From: an uncultured Candidatus Saccharibacteria bacterium | GTDB taxonomy: Bacteria > Patescibacteriota > Minisyncoccia > Phycocordibacterales > UBA9973 | Length of the DNA stretch: 64,000 nt | Assembly: GCA_964482735.1 (NCBI GenBank) | Contig: CAYZYV010000003.1 | Coordinates: 63,097 to 127,096 of the forward strand | Direction of reading: 5' to 3' | Shown here: piece by piece, positions 18,302-29,494 of the stretch | How the letters are laid out: each line of letters begins with the position of its first letter | Position numbering within the stretch: position 1 is the stretch's first letter | Translations under genes and position numbers: made by a program | The notes under the pieces: generated by a model | What the model was told of the DNA's origin: nothing | What the model saw: the letters and a program-made list of their open reading frames with translations, nothing else | The model's database searches: none

Positions 18302-21300
18302 ATGAAAACTATTGATACAACAAATTTTGATTCAATCTCTCTTAAGCTAGCATCACCAGAAGCCATTCGTGAATGGTCTTATGGAGAGGTTACAAAACCT
18401 GAAACAATTAACTATCGAACAGGAAGATCCGAAAGAAACGGATTGTTCGACGAGAGAATCTTTGGTCCAGAAAAAGACTATGAATGTTACTGTGGTAAAT
18501 ATCGAAGAATTAGATATAAAGATATCGTTTGTGAAAAATGTGGAGTTGAGGTAACTAAATCAATTGTTAGACGAGAGAGAATGGGCCACATTGAATTATC
18601 TTCACCTGTTGCTCATATCTGGTTTTTGAGAGGAGTTCCTTCCAGGATGTCTATTCTTTTAAACATAACAGTTAGCGACCTAGAAAAAGTAATTTATTTT
18701 GCTGGTTATATAATCACTAATGTATACGAAGAAGAAAAAGAAAGCATAATCAAGAATCTTGAAAGTGAATTTAAATCAAAAATAAAAAGCACTAACTCAG
18801 AAGAAGATAAAGAAAAACTAAAAGAACTTTTGCTTAATGCGAAGAAGGAAATAGGAGAAATAGTACCTGGAAAAGTTCTAAATGAAATTGCATATCACCA
18901 TTTTGGACTAAAATATGGTAGTTGTTTTGAGGCTAATATTGGAGCTGAGGCAATTTACTCTTTGTTCAAAAATATGGATCTTGAAAAGGTTAAAGAAGAA
19001 ACAGAAACTCTGATAAAGAAGGCTTCTAGAATAGACAAGGAAAAACTAGAAAAGAGATTATCTTTAATTCGATCTATGATTAGATCTTCTATTAGGCCTG
19101 AGTGGATGTTCTTAACAGCAATTCCTGTTATACCTCCAGCTCTCCGCCCTATGGTGGCACTTGATGGTGGAAGACACGCCACTTCAGACTTGAATGATCT
19201 TTATCGAAGAGTAATCAACAGAAATAATCGTTTGAGAAAATTAAAAGAGATAGGAGCACCTGATGTTATCTTGAGAAACGAGAAAAGAATTCTTCAAGAA
19301 GCTGTTGATGCTTTAATAGATAACTCAATCGCTAAACAAAATGACTCTCAGGCAATTTCTTCTTCTCAAAAGAGGGCGTTGAAATCATTGTCTGATAACT
19401 TAAAGTCAAAACAAGGTTTGTTCAGACAAAATCTTCTTGGTAAACGTGTAGACTATTCTGGACGTTCTGTAATTGTTGTTGGACCAAAACTAAAATTGGA
19501 TCAATGTGGTTTGCCAAAACACATGGCACTAGAATTGTTTAGACCTTTCATTATTTCAAAACTATTAGAAACAGAGTTAGCCTTTAACATAAGAGGAGCT
19601 AACCGTTTGATAGAAGAAGGAATTCCAGAAGTTTGGGCAATATTGGAAGAAGTAATTAAGGGTAAATATGTTCTTTTGAACAGAGCTCCTACCTTGCACA
19701 GACTAGGTATCCAAGCTTTCAAACCTGTTTTAATTGAAGGAAATGCAATTCAAATACACCCACTTATCTGTAAAGGTTTCAACGCTGACTTCGACGGAGA
19801 CCAAATGGCAGTTTATGTTCCTCTTTCAGAAAAAGCACAATGGGAATCTAAAAACTACATGGCTTCCAATAAAAACCTTCTAAACCCACAAGATGGAGCA
19901 CCGATTGCTGTTCCTCGTTTGGATATTGTTCTAGGTTGTTACTGGATGACAAAAACAATGGAAGGAGAAAAAGGAGAAGGTATGTCATTTTCAAGTCCTA
20001 ACCAGGCCATCACTGCTTATGATTTAGGAGCGATTACCTTTAGAGCAAAAATAAAAGTAATTGGAAGTGAAGACAAAATAAAATATCAAGTTTTTGAAGG
20101 TAAACCTTTTGAAACTACAGTAGGACGATTATTCTTTAACAGTGTTCTTCCTGATGATTTTCCTTATATCAACGAAGAGATAACAGCAAAGAGAATCCAA
20201 AACTTAGTTGATGAAGTTGTTGCTAAATATGGAATAGATCGAACTCCTCAAATTCTAGACAAGATTAAAGACTTCGGATACAAATATCTAACTCTTTCTG
20301 GAATCACATGGGGTATTGATAATGTAAAAATATCAAAAGAAAAACCAGACATAGTAGCAAGATACAAAAAAGAAGAAGAAAACATAAGAGAAAAATATGA
20401 AGAGGGATTATTGTCTGAAAGTGAAAAGAGCCAAAAAATAATTGAAGTTTGGGAACAAGCACAAAAGGAATTAGAAAAACTAGCCCCTAAGAGTTTGGAT
20501 ATTAGAAGTTCCACGTACGATTTGATCATTTCAGGAGCAAGAGGTAATAGTTCTCAACTAGCTCAAATGTGCGGAATGAAAGGTATTATTATTAACACCT
20601 CTGGAGAAAGAATCGACTTTCCAATTATCCCATCTTATATTGAAGGATTATCTCCACTTGAATATTTCATTACCACCCACGGTGCTAGAAAAGGTACAGC
20701 CGACACAGCTTTGAACACAGCTAAAGCGGGTTACTTAACTCGTCGTTTGGTAGACGTTGCTCAAGATGTCGTAGTTACCGACGAAGACTGTGGAACAAAG
20801 AAAGGTAAAAGAATCTATTCAGAAGATGGTAATTTTGCAAAACTTATTAATGGAAGAGTTCTACTAGAGGACATCAAAGGATCGGATGGAAAAGTTTTGT
20901 ACAAAAAAGGAGAAATGATTAATAAGGAAGCTTCAAAAATAATCGAAAAAGAAGGAATAAAAGAAGCTTTTGTTAGAACTCCTTTAACTTGTGAGACAAT
21001 CCACGGTGTATGTCAAAAATGTTATGGTTTGGATATGGGGAGAAATACGATGATTGAAAAAGGCCAAGCTGTCGGTATTATTGCGGCTCAAGCTATCGGA
21101 GAACCTGGAACACAGCTTACACTTAGAACTTTCCACTCAGGAGGAGTTGCTACTGTTGACATCACGACAGGTCTTCCAAGAGTTGAGGAAATTTTTGAAA
21201 GAAGAATTCCTAAAAATCCAGCCGTTGTTGCTATGACAGATGGAGAAGTTATAGACATTAAAAGCGATGGAAAAGAAAAAATAATTAAAGTTTTATCTGA

Positions 21301-21940
21301 TTTAAAGGCAGACAATAAAGCAGGAACAAAAGCAGGAAACGAAGTTGAATATATTGTTCCTCCAAGAAGACAACCACTAGTAAAAATTGGGTCAAAAGTT
21401 CTAAAAGGAGATTTGTTAACAGATGGTTCTGCTGATATAAATGAAATTGTGAAATATGGCGGAGCAGAAAAAGCTGAGGAATACATAATAGATGAGGTTA
21501 ACAAGGTTTATGATCTTCAAGGTGTTTCTATTTGTCAAAAACACTTGGAAATTATTATCAGACAAATGTTTTCTAGAAAGAAAATAAAAGAAGCTGGTGA
21601 TACAACATTCTCTCCTGGAGAAATAGTTGAAAACGTAGAACTTATTGACGAAAATTCTCGAGTAGAAAAAGAAGGTGGTAAAAAAGCAGAAGCTGGAACT
21701 ATCGTTTTGGGTATATCAGAAGTTTCTCTAACAACCAAGAGCTGGTTATCAGCCGCTTCATTCCAAAATACAAACAGAGTCTTGATAAATAACGCTGTAA
21801 GAGGAGGAGTAGACAACCTAAGAGGGTTAAAAGAAAATGTTATTGTTGGAGGATTGATTCCAGCAGGTACTGGTTTTGGAATAAAAAGAATAGTTGAAAA
21901 AGAAGAAGTATATGAAGATGGTGAGTCGTTTGAAGAATAA
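18302..21940 (+). CDS. rpoC: DNA-directed RNA polymerase subunit beta'
   Basis: Zn-finger [23 protein letters not shown], catalytic [11 protein letters not shown], trigger-loop/bridge-helix regions. Confidence 0.95.
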   Translation: MKTIDTTNFDSISLKLASPEAIREWSYGEVTKPETINYRTGRSERNGLFDERIFGPEKDYECYCGKYRRIRYKDIVCEKCGVEVTKSIVRRERMGHIELSSPVAHIWFLRGVPSRMSILLNITVSDLEKVIYFAGYIITNVYEEEKESIIKNLESEFKSKIKSTNSEEDKEKLKELLLNAKKEIGEIVPGKVLNEIAYHHFGLKYGSCFEANIGAEAIYSLFKNMDLEKVKEETETLIKKASRIDKEKLEKRLSLIRSMIRSSIRPEWMFLTAIPVIPPALRPMVALDGGRHATSDLNDLYRRVINRNNRLRKLKEIGAPDVILRNEKRILQEAVDALIDNSIAKQNDSQAISSSQKRALKSLSDNLKSKQGLFRQNLLGKRVDYSGRSVIVVGPKLKLDQCGLPKHMALELFRPFIISKLLETELAFNIRGANRLIEEGIPEVWAILEEVIKGKYVLLNRAPTLHRLGIQAFKPVLIEGNAIQIHPLICKGFNADFDGDQMAVYVPLSEKAQWESKNYMASNKNLLNPQDGAPIAVPRLDIVLGCYWMTKTMEGEKGEGMSFSSPNQAITAYDLGAITFRAKIKVIGSEDKIKYQVFEGKPFETTVGRLFFNSVLPDDFPYINEEITAKRIQNLVDEVVAKYGIDRTPQILDKIKDFGYKYLTLSGITWGIDNVKISKEKPDIVARYKKEEENIREKYEEGLLSESEKSQKIIEVWEQAQKELEKLAPKSLDIRSSTYDLIISGARGNSSQLAQMCGMKGIIINTSGERIDFPIIPSYIEGLSPLEYFITTHGARKGTADTALNTAKAGYLTRRLVDVAQDVVVTDEDCGTKKGKRIYSEDGNFAKLINGRVLLEDIKGSDGKVLYKKGEMINKEASKIIEKEGIKEAFVRTPLTCETIHGVCQKCYGLDMGRNTMIEKGQAVGIIAAQAIGEPGTQLTLRTFHSGGVATVDITTGLPRVEEIFERRIPKNPAVVAMTDGEVIDIKSDGKEKIIKVLSDLKADNKAGTKAGNEVEYIVPPRRQPLVKIGSKVLKGDLLTDGSADINEIVKYGGAEKAEEYIIDEVNKVYDLQGVSICQKHLEIIIRQMFSRKKIKEAGDTTFSPGEIVENVELIDENSRVEKEGGKKAEAGTIVLGISEVSLTTKSWLSAASFQNTNRVLINNAVRGGVDNLRGLKENVIVGGLIPAGTGFGIKRIVEKEEVYEDGESFEE

Positions 21941-21957
21941 TTCAAACAAAAATAAAA

Positions 21958-23721
21958 ATGAACGACCTTGTTCAAAAAATTAAAGAAAGACTATCTATAG
22001 TAGACGTCGCTTCTTCTTACCTAAAACTGGAAAAAGCAGGTAAGAACTATAAAGCCAGGTGTCCTTTTCATAATGAAAAAACACCATCCTTTTTCATCTC
22101 TCCAGAAAGAAACTCGTACTACTGTTTTGGCTGTAATGCAAAAGGGGATATCTTTTCCTTCGTAGAACATTTTGAGGGCACTGATTTTATCGGTGCCCTC
22201 AAAGTGTTGGCCGAAAGAGCAGGTTTGCCGTTTAGCTTAAATAACAGCAACGATGAGACTTCTGTTCTTTACAAAATAATGGATGAGGCTACAAAGTTTT
22301 TTGAAGATAATTTATCAAAAAATAAAGAGGCATTAGATTATTTAATTAAAAGAGGTTTGAAAAAAAATTCAATTTCAAACTTTCGTATAGGTTACGCCAA
22401 AGAAGAGTGGGGAAGTTTGAATGATTATTTGCTGAAAAAAGGTTTTAAAACCAAAGACCTTGAATCGGTTGGTCTAATTAAAAAGAGTCAAAGTGGAAAT
22501 CGATATTATGACAGATTTAGAGGGCGAATTATGTTTCCGATTAGTGATTCGTCTGGCAGAGTCATAGCTTTCTCGGGGAGATTCTTTAAAAAGGTAAATG
22601 AAGGTTCGGAGATAGAAGAAGCAAAGTATATAAATAGCCCAGACACACCTCTTTATAACAAATCGAATGTTCTTTATGGTTTGGATAAAGCCAAGAGTAC
22701 TATCCGTAGTCGAGACTATACTATTGTCGTAGAAGGGCAAATGGATCTTATCTTGTCTCATCAGATAGGTTTTACTAATACTGTAGCAGTTTCCGGTACT
22801 GCTTTTACTGACTCAACAAAAAACAATGAAGATAAAATTAATAATCTTGGACTAGTTAAAAGATTATCTTCCAATGTAATTTTTGCCTACGACGGAGACG
22901 ATGCAGGGATAAGGGCAGCTTATAGATCCAGTATGATTGCTTTATCTTTGGATATGCAAGTCAAAATAGCTTTTACTAGAGATGGTAAGGATCCAGCCGA
23001 TACTATTTTAGAGGGTCAAGAAAAGTGGAAGAATATAATAAAAAATTCTACAGACACTATCCATTTTATTTTGAAAGATATTTGTGAAAAAACAGACAAT
23101 AAAGAAAAAAGACGCAACCAGATAGAAGAGAAAATTTTTCCATTTCTAGTAATGATAACTAGCTCAATCAAAAGGTCTAATTATATAAAAGATATATATG
23201 AAAAAACAGGGATTCAAGAGGAGGCTATAATTAGAGATTTTAGAGATTATGAAAAAAAACAAGGGAATAAGGTTATCTTAGAAAACGGGGTAATACAAGA
23301 AAAAGATAAACCAAATTCTAGACAAGATAGTTTAAGCAAGAGATTATTCGCTATTTTGTTTTGGGAAGGGGAAAGCGAAGTAGATAAAGAGGTAATTAAA
23401 AAAACAAAGAATGATTTTATTAAATCGATTGGACAGGAAGAGTTTGAAAAAATGCAAAATCTTTACGAACCATTTTCAGAAAATTTGATCTATGAAGCTG
23501 AAAAATGGTATGAAAATAAGGACAATTTGCTAGATAAGGATATAGAGGAAATTGTTTTAAATCTTGAAGAAGAAATTTTAAATAATCAGTTGTATCTATT
23601 ATTTATAAATATAAAAGAAAAAGAAAAAAGTGGTAAAAAAGAAGAGTTAGAACAAGAACTTATTAATTATCAAAAAATAGTCGAAAAAATAGAAAGTATT
23701 AAAAACCTTCGTATAAAATAA
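21958..23721 (+). CDS. dnaG: DNA primase
   Basis: CHC2 zinc finger [25 protein letters not shown]; TOPRIM EGQMDLI...DGDDAG. Confidence 0.9.
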   Translation: MNDLVQKIKERLSIVDVASSYLKLEKAGKNYKARCPFHNEKTPSFFISPERNSYYCFGCNAKGDIFSFVEHFEGTDFIGALKVLAERAGLPFSLNNSNDETSVLYKIMDEATKFFEDNLSKNKEALDYLIKRGLKKNSISNFRIGYAKEEWGSLNDYLLKKGFKTKDLESVGLIKKSQSGNRYYDRFRGRIMFPISDSSGRVIAFSGRFFKKVNEGSEIEEAKYINSPDTPLYNKSNVLYGLDKAKSTIRSRDYTIVVEGQMDLILSHQIGFTNTVAVSGTAFTDSTKNNEDKINNLGLVKRLSSNVIFAYDGDDAGIRAAYRSSMIALSLDMQVKIAFTRDGKDPADTILEGQEKWKNIIKNSTDTIHFILKDICEKTDNKEKRRNQIEEKIFPFLVMITSSIKRSNYIKDIYEKTGIQEEAIIRDFRDYEKKQGNKVILENGVIQEKDKPNSRQDSLSKRLFAILFWEGESEVDKEVIKKTKNDFIKSIGQEEFEKMQNLYEPFSENLIYEAEKWYENKDNLLDKDIEEIVLNLEEEILNNQLYLLFINIKEKEKSGKKEELEQELINYQKIVEKIESIKNLRIK

Positions 23722-23725
23722 AAAT

Positions 23726-25069
23726 ATGCCAAACAAAAAAACTCAAACTAAAAAATCGAAATCTAAGACAACAAAAAAAGTTACAAAGACTATAAAAAAG
23801 CCTGTAAAAAAACCAGTTGCTAAGAAAAAAATTGTTAAGGTAAAAAAAGTTAAAAAGGTTACACCTAAAAAGGTTGTATTAAAAAAGGTAAAAAAACCAG
23901 TCCTTAAAACAAAAAAAAGTGTTACAAAACAAAAAGCTAAGCCGGCCGTAATTAAAAAGGCCGTTGAGCCAAAAACCAAAATTTCGGCTGACAAGAAGGC
24001 TTTAGAAATGGAAGCCAAATCAAATCTTATAATTGAAAAAGGTAAAAAGAGAGGTTTTATTACTTATGATGAAATAATAAAAATCTTCCCTGATATTGAA
24101 GATAACGTTTTATTCTTAGATGAACTTTATGAGAAATTAACAGTGGCAGGTATCGATGTCTTGGAAGGAGGAAATTTATTAGATATAGATGAAGATTTAA
24201 ATAAGATAGCTCAGAAATACAGCAAGGACTCTCCTTCTTATGATTCTATTCAGATTTATTTAAAAGAAATAGGGCAATATCCTCTTATTCCTGCTAGCGA
24301 AGAAAGAAGCTTGGCTTATAGAATAGAAAAAGGAGATCAAGAAGCAAAAAATTTATTAGCAAGAGCTAACTTAAGATTGGTAGTTGCAATAGCTAAAAAG
24401 TATGTAGGGAGAAGCTCTGATTTAACACTGCTTGATTTAATTCAAGAGGGGAACTTGGGTTTGTTTAAGGCCGTAGAAAAATTCGATTGGTCCAAAGGAT
24501 TTAAATTTTCTACATATGCGACTTGGTGGATTAGACAATCTATCACTAGAGCATTAGCAGATCAATCTAGAACAATCAGAATTCCTGTTCACATGGTGGA
24601 AACAATTTCCAAATATAAACAGGTAGTTAGAAGACTGTCTCAGGATCTAGGAAGAGAACCATTAATAGAAGAAATAGCTTCTGAGATGAACCTTGATATA
24701 GAGAAAATTCATGTCATAGAACAAATTAATCAAGATACTGTTTCTTTGGAACAACCTATTGGAGATGATGATGAAAAGTCTACTCGTGGAGAATTAATTG
24801 CTGATGATAAAATCTTGAGACCAGATCAAGAAACTTCTAGACGAATTTTGTCAGATCAAATAAAAGAAGTCTTAGACACTCTTAATCCAAAAGAAAGAAA
24901 AATACTCGAATTACGCTATGGTTTAAATGATGGAATTCAACATACCCTTGAAGAAGTTGGCCAAGAGTTTGGGGTGACAAGAGAAAGAATAAGACAAATA
25001 GAAGCAAAGGTGCATGAAAAACTAAGAAATAATGATAAGATAATTAGGCTTAGAAATTATTTTGATTAG
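23726..25069 (+). CDS. rpoD: RNA polymerase sigma-70 factor with a lysine-rich (KKV/KKP repeat) N-terminal extension
   Basis: Regions 2-4 present: [36 protein letters not shown]. Conserved dnaG-rpoD synteny. Confidence 0.9.
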   Translation: MPNKKTQTKKSKSKTTKKVTKTIKKPVKKPVAKKKIVKVKKVKKVTPKKVVLKKVKKPVLKTKKSVTKQKAKPAVIKKAVEPKTKISADKKALEMEAKSNLIIEKGKKRGFITYDEIIKIFPDIEDNVLFLDELYEKLTVAGIDVLEGGNLLDIDEDLNKIAQKYSKDSPSYDSIQIYLKEIGQYPLIPASEERSLAYRIEKGDQEAKNLLARANLRLVVAIAKKYVGRSSDLTLLDLIQEGNLGLFKAVEKFDWSKGFKFSTYATWWIRQSITRALADQSRTIRIPVHMVETISKYKQVVRRLSQDLGREPLIEEIASEMNLDIEKIHVIEQINQDTVSLEQPIGDDDEKSTRGELIADDKILRPDQETSRRILSDQIKEVLDTLNPKERKILELRYGLNDGIQHTLEEVGQEFGVTRERIRQIEAKVHEKLRNNDKIIRLRNYFD

Positions 25070-25080
25070 CATTAAATTAA

Positions 25081-25104
25081 AAAACCCTCGATTGAGGGTT
25101 TTTT
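25081..25104. terminator. Bidirectional terminator between rpoD and the convergent dsbA-like gene
   Basis: aaaaccctcgattgagggtttttt hairpin with flanking A/T runs. Confidence 0.7.
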
Positions 25105-25116
25105 AATTTAATGTTT

Positions 25117-25815
25117 TTATAAACTTTCAGTAAAGGATTTTTGCTCTGCTGGTTTGTTCGAATCAAAAATTAGTTTAGAGTATTTCCAAAAGGCGTCATT
25201 ACCTTTTATTTTAGCTACACATTCACCAACCATAGCTTTAGTCAAAGAGTCTTGTCCTAGTATAGGCATGTGTCTGAATGTCCATGAGACTTGTCCTTCT
25301 GATTCATTAACCACCTGCTCTAAGATAGAGTGAACTTTATTACAATAGCCACACTGATAGTCTGAGTATTCAATAATTTTAATAGGAGCTTTAGGGTTTC
25401 CATAAACGTGATCTCCTTCTTCATTTAACTCGATACCGCCTTCGTATGGTGTAGCTACACTTCCATTAGACATGTCGCTAATTATTTGTTTGAAATGTTC
25501 ATAAGTTTCAGCTCCTCGTACTTCAGTTTTGAGTCCATTGTCTGAAGCTATAACCATATAAGGAGTACCAAAACCTTCTAGATTGGTTGCTTTTGAGACA
25601 CTTGCAACAAACTTATTAGAAAGTTCCTCAGCGTTTAATCCCGTTAAACACTCAGTAATCTTTTCCTTAGAAATACCTAATTGTTGAGAAAGAGTTTTTT
25701 CTTTTTTCTCCACATTAACACCTCCTGATAATATTATTCCCACCATGACTAAAAACCCTGCAACTATAATAGCCATAGGGGTAGTTATTTTTACTTGTTT
25801 TTCTTCTTTTTGCAT
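25117..25815 (-). CDS. Membrane-anchored DsbA-like thiol:disulfide oxidoreductase (CGYC active site), possibly circularly permuted
   Basis: N-terminal TM; APIKIIEYSDYQCGYCNKVH thioredoxin-fold active site. The GTPYMVIASDNG (cis-Pro strand-like) segment lies N-terminal to the CxxC. Confidence 0.65.
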   Translation of the reverse strand: MQKEEKQVKITTPMAIIVAGFLVMVGIILSGGVNVEKKEKTLSQQLGISKEKITECLTGLNAEELSNKFVASVSKATNLEGFGTPYMVIASDNGLKTEVRGAETYEHFKQIISDMSNGSVATPYEGGIELNEEGDHVYGNPKAPIKIIEYSDYQCGYCNKVHSILEQVVNESEGQVSWTFRHMPILGQDSLTKAMVGECVAKIKGNDAFWKYSKLIFDSNKPAEQKSFTESL

Positions 25816-25862
25816 TCCTTAATTTTAACACATATTAAAAATAAAGCTAATTTGTTAGGGCA

Positions 25863-27176
25863 TTGAAAAATAAGCATAAATATGGTATATTTGAATTCGT
25901 AATGAACGGGGTTTATAGCACAATTTTTTATGTTTTTTCCTTTATAGCTGTATATATACAGATATTTTTTTTAGTGACATTTTTAGAAAAAAGAAAAAAG
26001 ATATATAAAAATCCTCCCGTTTTAGAGCTCAAATCTTACCCAACCGTTACTGTAGTTGTGCCTTGTTATAACGAAGCAGCGACAATCGACAAAACTGTTG
26101 CATCCTTATTAGAAATGGATTATCCAAAAGATAAGCTTAAACTCTTTTTGATTGATGATGGTAGTAAGGATAACACATGGGAAATAATAAAAAAATATGA
26201 CAATGGAGAAAACATTTTTTCATTTACCAAGCAAAACGGTGGTAAACACACTGCTCTAAATTTTGCTTTAGAAAAGCAAAATTCTGAATTTTTTGGTTGT
26301 CTAGATTCTGACTCACTAGTTCATCCTCAAGCTTTAAAAAGAATAATGGGATATTTTGAAAGAGATCCTAGAACTATGGCTGTTTGCCCATCGATAATAG
26401 TTTATAACCCAAAAAACTTTATTCAACATGCTCAAAGTATAGAATATGACATGAGTATTTATACAAAAAAGATGCTCGGTTTTATGGGTGGAATACACGT
26501 TACTCCTGGACCGTTTTCTATTTTTAAAACTAAGGTTTTTGACGAACTAGGTCCATATCGAAAAGCTCACAATACTGAAGATCAAGAGATAGCACTTCGA
26601 ATGCAGGAGCATGGTTACAAGATAGATCATTGTCCAGATGCCTATGTATACACAAGTACCCCAAATACTGTTGTGAAGTTGTACAAGCAAAGATTAAGAT
26701 GGATATACGGTTTTATTAAGAATTTAATAGACTATAGACGTTTATTATTTAAAAAGAAATATGGAACAGTTGCACTCTTTACTCTTCCGTCAGGACTTGT
26801 TGGGGTTATAGGGGTTGTCTTTCTTTTTGTAAATGTTACTTGGAATATAATTAGATTTTTCAGGGAGAAAATTATAGAAATTCAAACTGTAGGGTGGGGT
26901 AATCTCTTTAAGTTTGGTGGCTTTAATTTTGATTGGTTTTTCTTTAATACAAAAGCAGTGTTGTTCTTTTCTCTAACAATGTATATACTAATAGTGATAT
27001 CATTGCTGTTGGGTAGAAAGTTGGCTGAAAACAAAACTGGCTTTCCGGTATCAATATTTTATTATTTTATAATTTATAGTGTTGTCGCTCCTTTTTGGAT
27101 GTTGAGGGCTTTATATAATGCCATCATATCTAAGGAATCAAGCTGGACGCTTGAAAGAAGAGTGAAAACAAAATAG
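25863..27176 (+). CDS. Processive family-2 glycosyltransferase (PgaC/IcaA/NodC-like, QxxRW motif), integral membrane
   Basis: VVVPCYNEA...LIDDGSKDNT, D-x-D LDSDS, QRLRW; TM helices at both ends; 437 aa. Confidence 0.75.
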   Translation: MKNKHKYGIFEFVMNGVYSTIFYVFSFIAVYIQIFFLVTFLEKRKKIYKNPPVLELKSYPTVTVVVPCYNEAATIDKTVASLLEMDYPKDKLKLFLIDDGSKDNTWEIIKKYDNGENIFSFTKQNGGKHTALNFALEKQNSEFFGCLDSDSLVHPQALKRIMGYFERDPRTMAVCPSIIVYNPKNFIQHAQSIEYDMSIYTKKMLGFMGGIHVTPGPFSIFKTKVFDELGPYRKAHNTEDQEIALRMQEHGYKIDHCPDAYVYTSTPNTVVKLYKQRLRWIYGFIKNLIDYRRLLFKKKYGTVALFTLPSGLVGVIGVVFLFVNVTWNIIRFFREKIIEIQTVGWGNLFKFGGFNFDWFFFNTKAVLFFSLTMYILIVISLLLGRKLAENKTGFPVSIFYYFIIYSVVAPFWMLRALYNAIISKESSWTLERRVKTK

Positions 27177-27183
27177 TTTTTAT

Positions 27184-27891
27184 ATGGAAAACACAGAACA
27201 TCATCACGAACCAAATGATTGGAAAAAATATACGATAGTCTTATTTATAACGCTTACGATTTTTATATCTGGACTATGGTTTTCAAATCATTTAAATAGC
27301 AAGAAAATAGCTCAGTTGAAATCTATAGAAAGTACGATATCTTTAGACTTGCTTTCTTCTGAAGTGCAGTATTCGTTGCTTGAGGAACAGTCTTGTAAAG
27401 ATATTTCAAACTCAGTTCTATCCAAAGAGTTGAACTCATTAGCAGATAAAATTTCTTACAGTGAAAGTAATATCGGAGTAGACAACACTGATGTAGTTAG
27501 TCTAAAGAAATACTATTCTCTACTAGAGATTAAAGATTATCTTTTAATGAAAAAGATAACAGAGAGATGTGGAGAGAAATCTATTTTTGTTCTCTATTTC
27601 TATAAAAATGACAACTGTGAAGAATGTACTAAACAAGGATATGTATTAACTACCTTAAGAGAAAAATATCCTAACTTACGCGTATATTCTTTTGACTACA
27701 AACTAGATAATCCTGCAATTAAGGCTATGATTTCTATATATAAAGTTCCAGATAATCTCCCAGCCTTGGTTATTAATGGTAAGGTTCATAGTGGATTTAA
27801 GAGTATAGAAGAAATAGAAAAGACCTTTCCTGAACTTGAAAAAAGCGCCAAAGATACATCTTCTAAGGTGAAGACAACAACTAAAAAATAA
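27184..27891 (+). CDS. Membrane-anchored thioredoxin-like protein with a CEEC motif
   Basis: N-terminal TM. YFYKNDNCEECTKQGY...LPALVINGKVHSGF resembles a Trx/Grx fold with a CxxC. Confidence 0.45.
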   Translation: MENTEHHHEPNDWKKYTIVLFITLTIFISGLWFSNHLNSKKIAQLKSIESTISLDLLSSEVQYSLLEEQSCKDISNSVLSKELNSLADKISYSESNIGVDNTDVVSLKKYYSLLEIKDYLLMKKITERCGEKSIFVLYFYKNDNCEECTKQGYVLTTLREKYPNLRVYSFDYKLDNPAIKAMISIYKVPDNLPALVINGKVHSGFKSIEEIEKTFPELEKSAKDTSSKVKTTTKK

Positions 27892-27898
27892 AAAAATG

Positions 27899-27930
27899 AA
27901 AACCCTCAATACTGAGGGTTTTCATTTTTT
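27899..27930 (+). terminator. Intrinsic terminator
   Basis: aaaaccctcaatactgagggttttcatttttt. Confidence 0.65.
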
Positions 27931-27939
27931 ATGTATAGT

Positions 27940-28163
27940 CGCCTTAGAGACTCGAACGTGAGGAAGCCTCTTCGCTTTAGTTATGCTTTGACATAACCTA
28001 TATGTTTAATAATGAACTGCTTAACAGGCTTAAACAGAGAAGCCCTTCACTTTAGTTATGCTTTGACATAACCTATATACTTGTTATTGAGCCGCTTCAG
28101 AGACTCGAAGGTGAGGAAGCACTTCGCTTTAGTTATGCTTTGACATAACCTATATTTTTTTAC
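27940..28163 (-). repeat. Three tandem ~75-bp direct repeats. Each is a ~37-nt copy of the tRNA-Thr 3' half (T-arm plus acceptor 3' strand) joined to a conserved hairpin gttatg-ctttga-cataac
   Basis: The units begin at 27940, 28013 and 28088. The motif cgctttagttatgctttgacataacctata recurs with period 75/77/72 and continues in register into the intact tRNA. Confidence 0.8.
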
Positions 28164-28238
28164 TGAGCCGCTTCTCAGACTCGAACTGAGGACCTTCGCT
28201 TTACAAAAGCGTTGCTCTACCAACTGAGCTAAAGCGGC
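28164..28238 (-). tRNA. tRNA-Thr (anticodon UGU)
   Basis: Cloverleaf folded by hand: acceptor gccgctt/aagcggc, D-arm agctcagttggtagagc, anticodon loop tt-tgt-aa, T-arm ctcag-ttcgagt-ctgag, discriminator U then CA. Confidence 0.85.
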
Positions 28239-28288
28239 ATAATTTTTAATTCGTTTATATATTAACCGAATTAAAAATTTTTTTCAAG

Positions 28289-28681
28289 TTAATCGTCACT
28301 TACTTCCTTTTCTATTCTTTCTTTTATCCTGCGTATTTTAATTTTGGATTCAAGGATTGCTTTGCCTACAAAAGTTTTCTTTGTGCTCTCTTTCTTCTCA
28401 AAGAATTTGTGTATTCTAGGAGAATTTTTTTGAATCCATTTGTTAGTCTTTGCTTTTATTTTGAACCAACATTTAGCTCCGGATAAGATCAACCATTGAA
28501 CTATATGCTTGGTCAAATATAGCATAATCTTTTCAATATGTCGAAAATATAGTTCAGGTGGTAATTTTCTCTGAGCAGAAAACTTATCCTTTTCAGCTTT
28601 GTCTATTTGCCAAGCTCTATAATATAGCATACCAGCTAGAGCCACGGTAGATAGAATGAAGATTACGATTAAAATAGTCAT
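28289..28681 (-). CDS. Hypothetical small membrane protein
   Basis: N-terminal TM; no recognisable domain. Followed by a 13-bp perfect inverted repeat (28241-28279). Confidence 0.4.
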   Translation of the reverse strand: MTILIVIFILSTVALAGMLYYRAWQIDKAEKDKFSAQRKLPPELYFRHIEKIMLYLTKHIVQWLILSGAKCWFKIKAKTNKWIQKNSPRIHKFFEKKESTKKTFVGKAILESKIKIRRIKERIEKEVSDD

Positions 28682-28686
28682 ATTGC

Positions 28687-29469
28687 TTAGTTTATAGCTT
28701 CAGCTATAAAAGAATTTAGTTTAGCGTTATTTGTTTCTAGGAGCTTTTCTACCGTTATTTCGCTATTCTTTATATATGACTGGCTCATTAATGTGATTTC
28801 AGAGAAATAAGTGTTGATTTTACCGTCTAACATTTTTTTCTTTATCTCTTCTGGTTTGTCTGAAGAAGCAACTTCTTTTTCGTATACTTCTATAACTTTC
28901 TTTTTGTCTTCCTCTGTAATATCTTCTTTTTTAATATAAACAGGTTTCATTGCTGCGATATGCATTGCTATATCTCTAGCTAGTTCTTTGCTTCCTCCAG
29001 TAAGAGATACAACAACTGCGTTTTTTGTACTGTGAGCGTAAACGCCGATAACTTCTCCGGTAATTTCCTCAATTTTTCCGAGTTCAATTTTTTCTCCAAC
29101 TTTTTGTACAACCTCACTAATTATTTCAGGAGATTTTGCTTTCATACTTTCGACTCCTTCTGACATTGCCATATCTGCTAATTTGTTAGCAAGATTAATA
29201 AAATCTTCGTTTTTGGCCACAAAGTCAGTTTCAGTTCTAAGGCTAAACAAAAGGGCTTTTCCGTCTGACTCTTTAACTAAAACCAATCCATCCTTAGCAT
29301 TTCTTTCTTCTTTTTTTAGGGCGATACTGCTAGATTTATTCTTAAGAATAATCAAAGCTTTTTCCATGTCTCCCTCTGCTTCTTCTAAGGCATTTTTACA
29401 TTGCATAACAGAAACTCCTGTTCTGTCTCTTAATTCTTTAACTAATTCTGCGGTTATTTGTATAGTCAT
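28687..29469 (-). CDS. tsf: Elongation factor Ts
   Basis: MTIQITAELVKELRDRTGVSVMQCKNALEEAEGDMEKA: UBA-like N-terminus of EF-Ts. Confidence 0.9.
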   Translation of the reverse strand: MTIQITAELVKELRDRTGVSVMQCKNALEEAEGDMEKALIILKNKSSSIALKKEERNAKDGLVLVKESDGKALLFSLRTETDFVAKNEDFINLANKLADMAMSEGVESMKAKSPEIISEVVQKVGEKIELGKIEEITGEVIGVYAHSTKNAVVVSLTGGSKELARDIAMHIAAMKPVYIKKEDITEEDKKKVIEVYEKEVASSDKPEEIKKKMLDGKINTYFSEITLMSQSYIKNSEITVEKLLETNNAKLNSFIAEAIN

Positions 29470-29494
29470 ATTTTTTAAAAATTAACTAATAATT

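Noticed and set aside
23743-24018. 91-aa minus-strand ORF
   Set aside because: It is antisense to the lysine-rich AAA/AAG repeat region of rpoD and reads as a poly-Phe/Leu low-complexity artefact.
28088-28160. Possible additional tRNA genes within the 75-bp units
   Set aside because: Hand folding fails. The T-stem complement is missing (ctcacc versus ctctg) and there is no 5' acceptor strand, so these are tRNA-derived fragments, not genes.
27940-28163. Possible CRISPR array (regular ~75-bp period)
   Set aside because: There are no unique spacers. Each whole unit is similar to the next and continues in register into a tRNA gene, and no cas genes are present. It is better explained as tRNA-half repeats.
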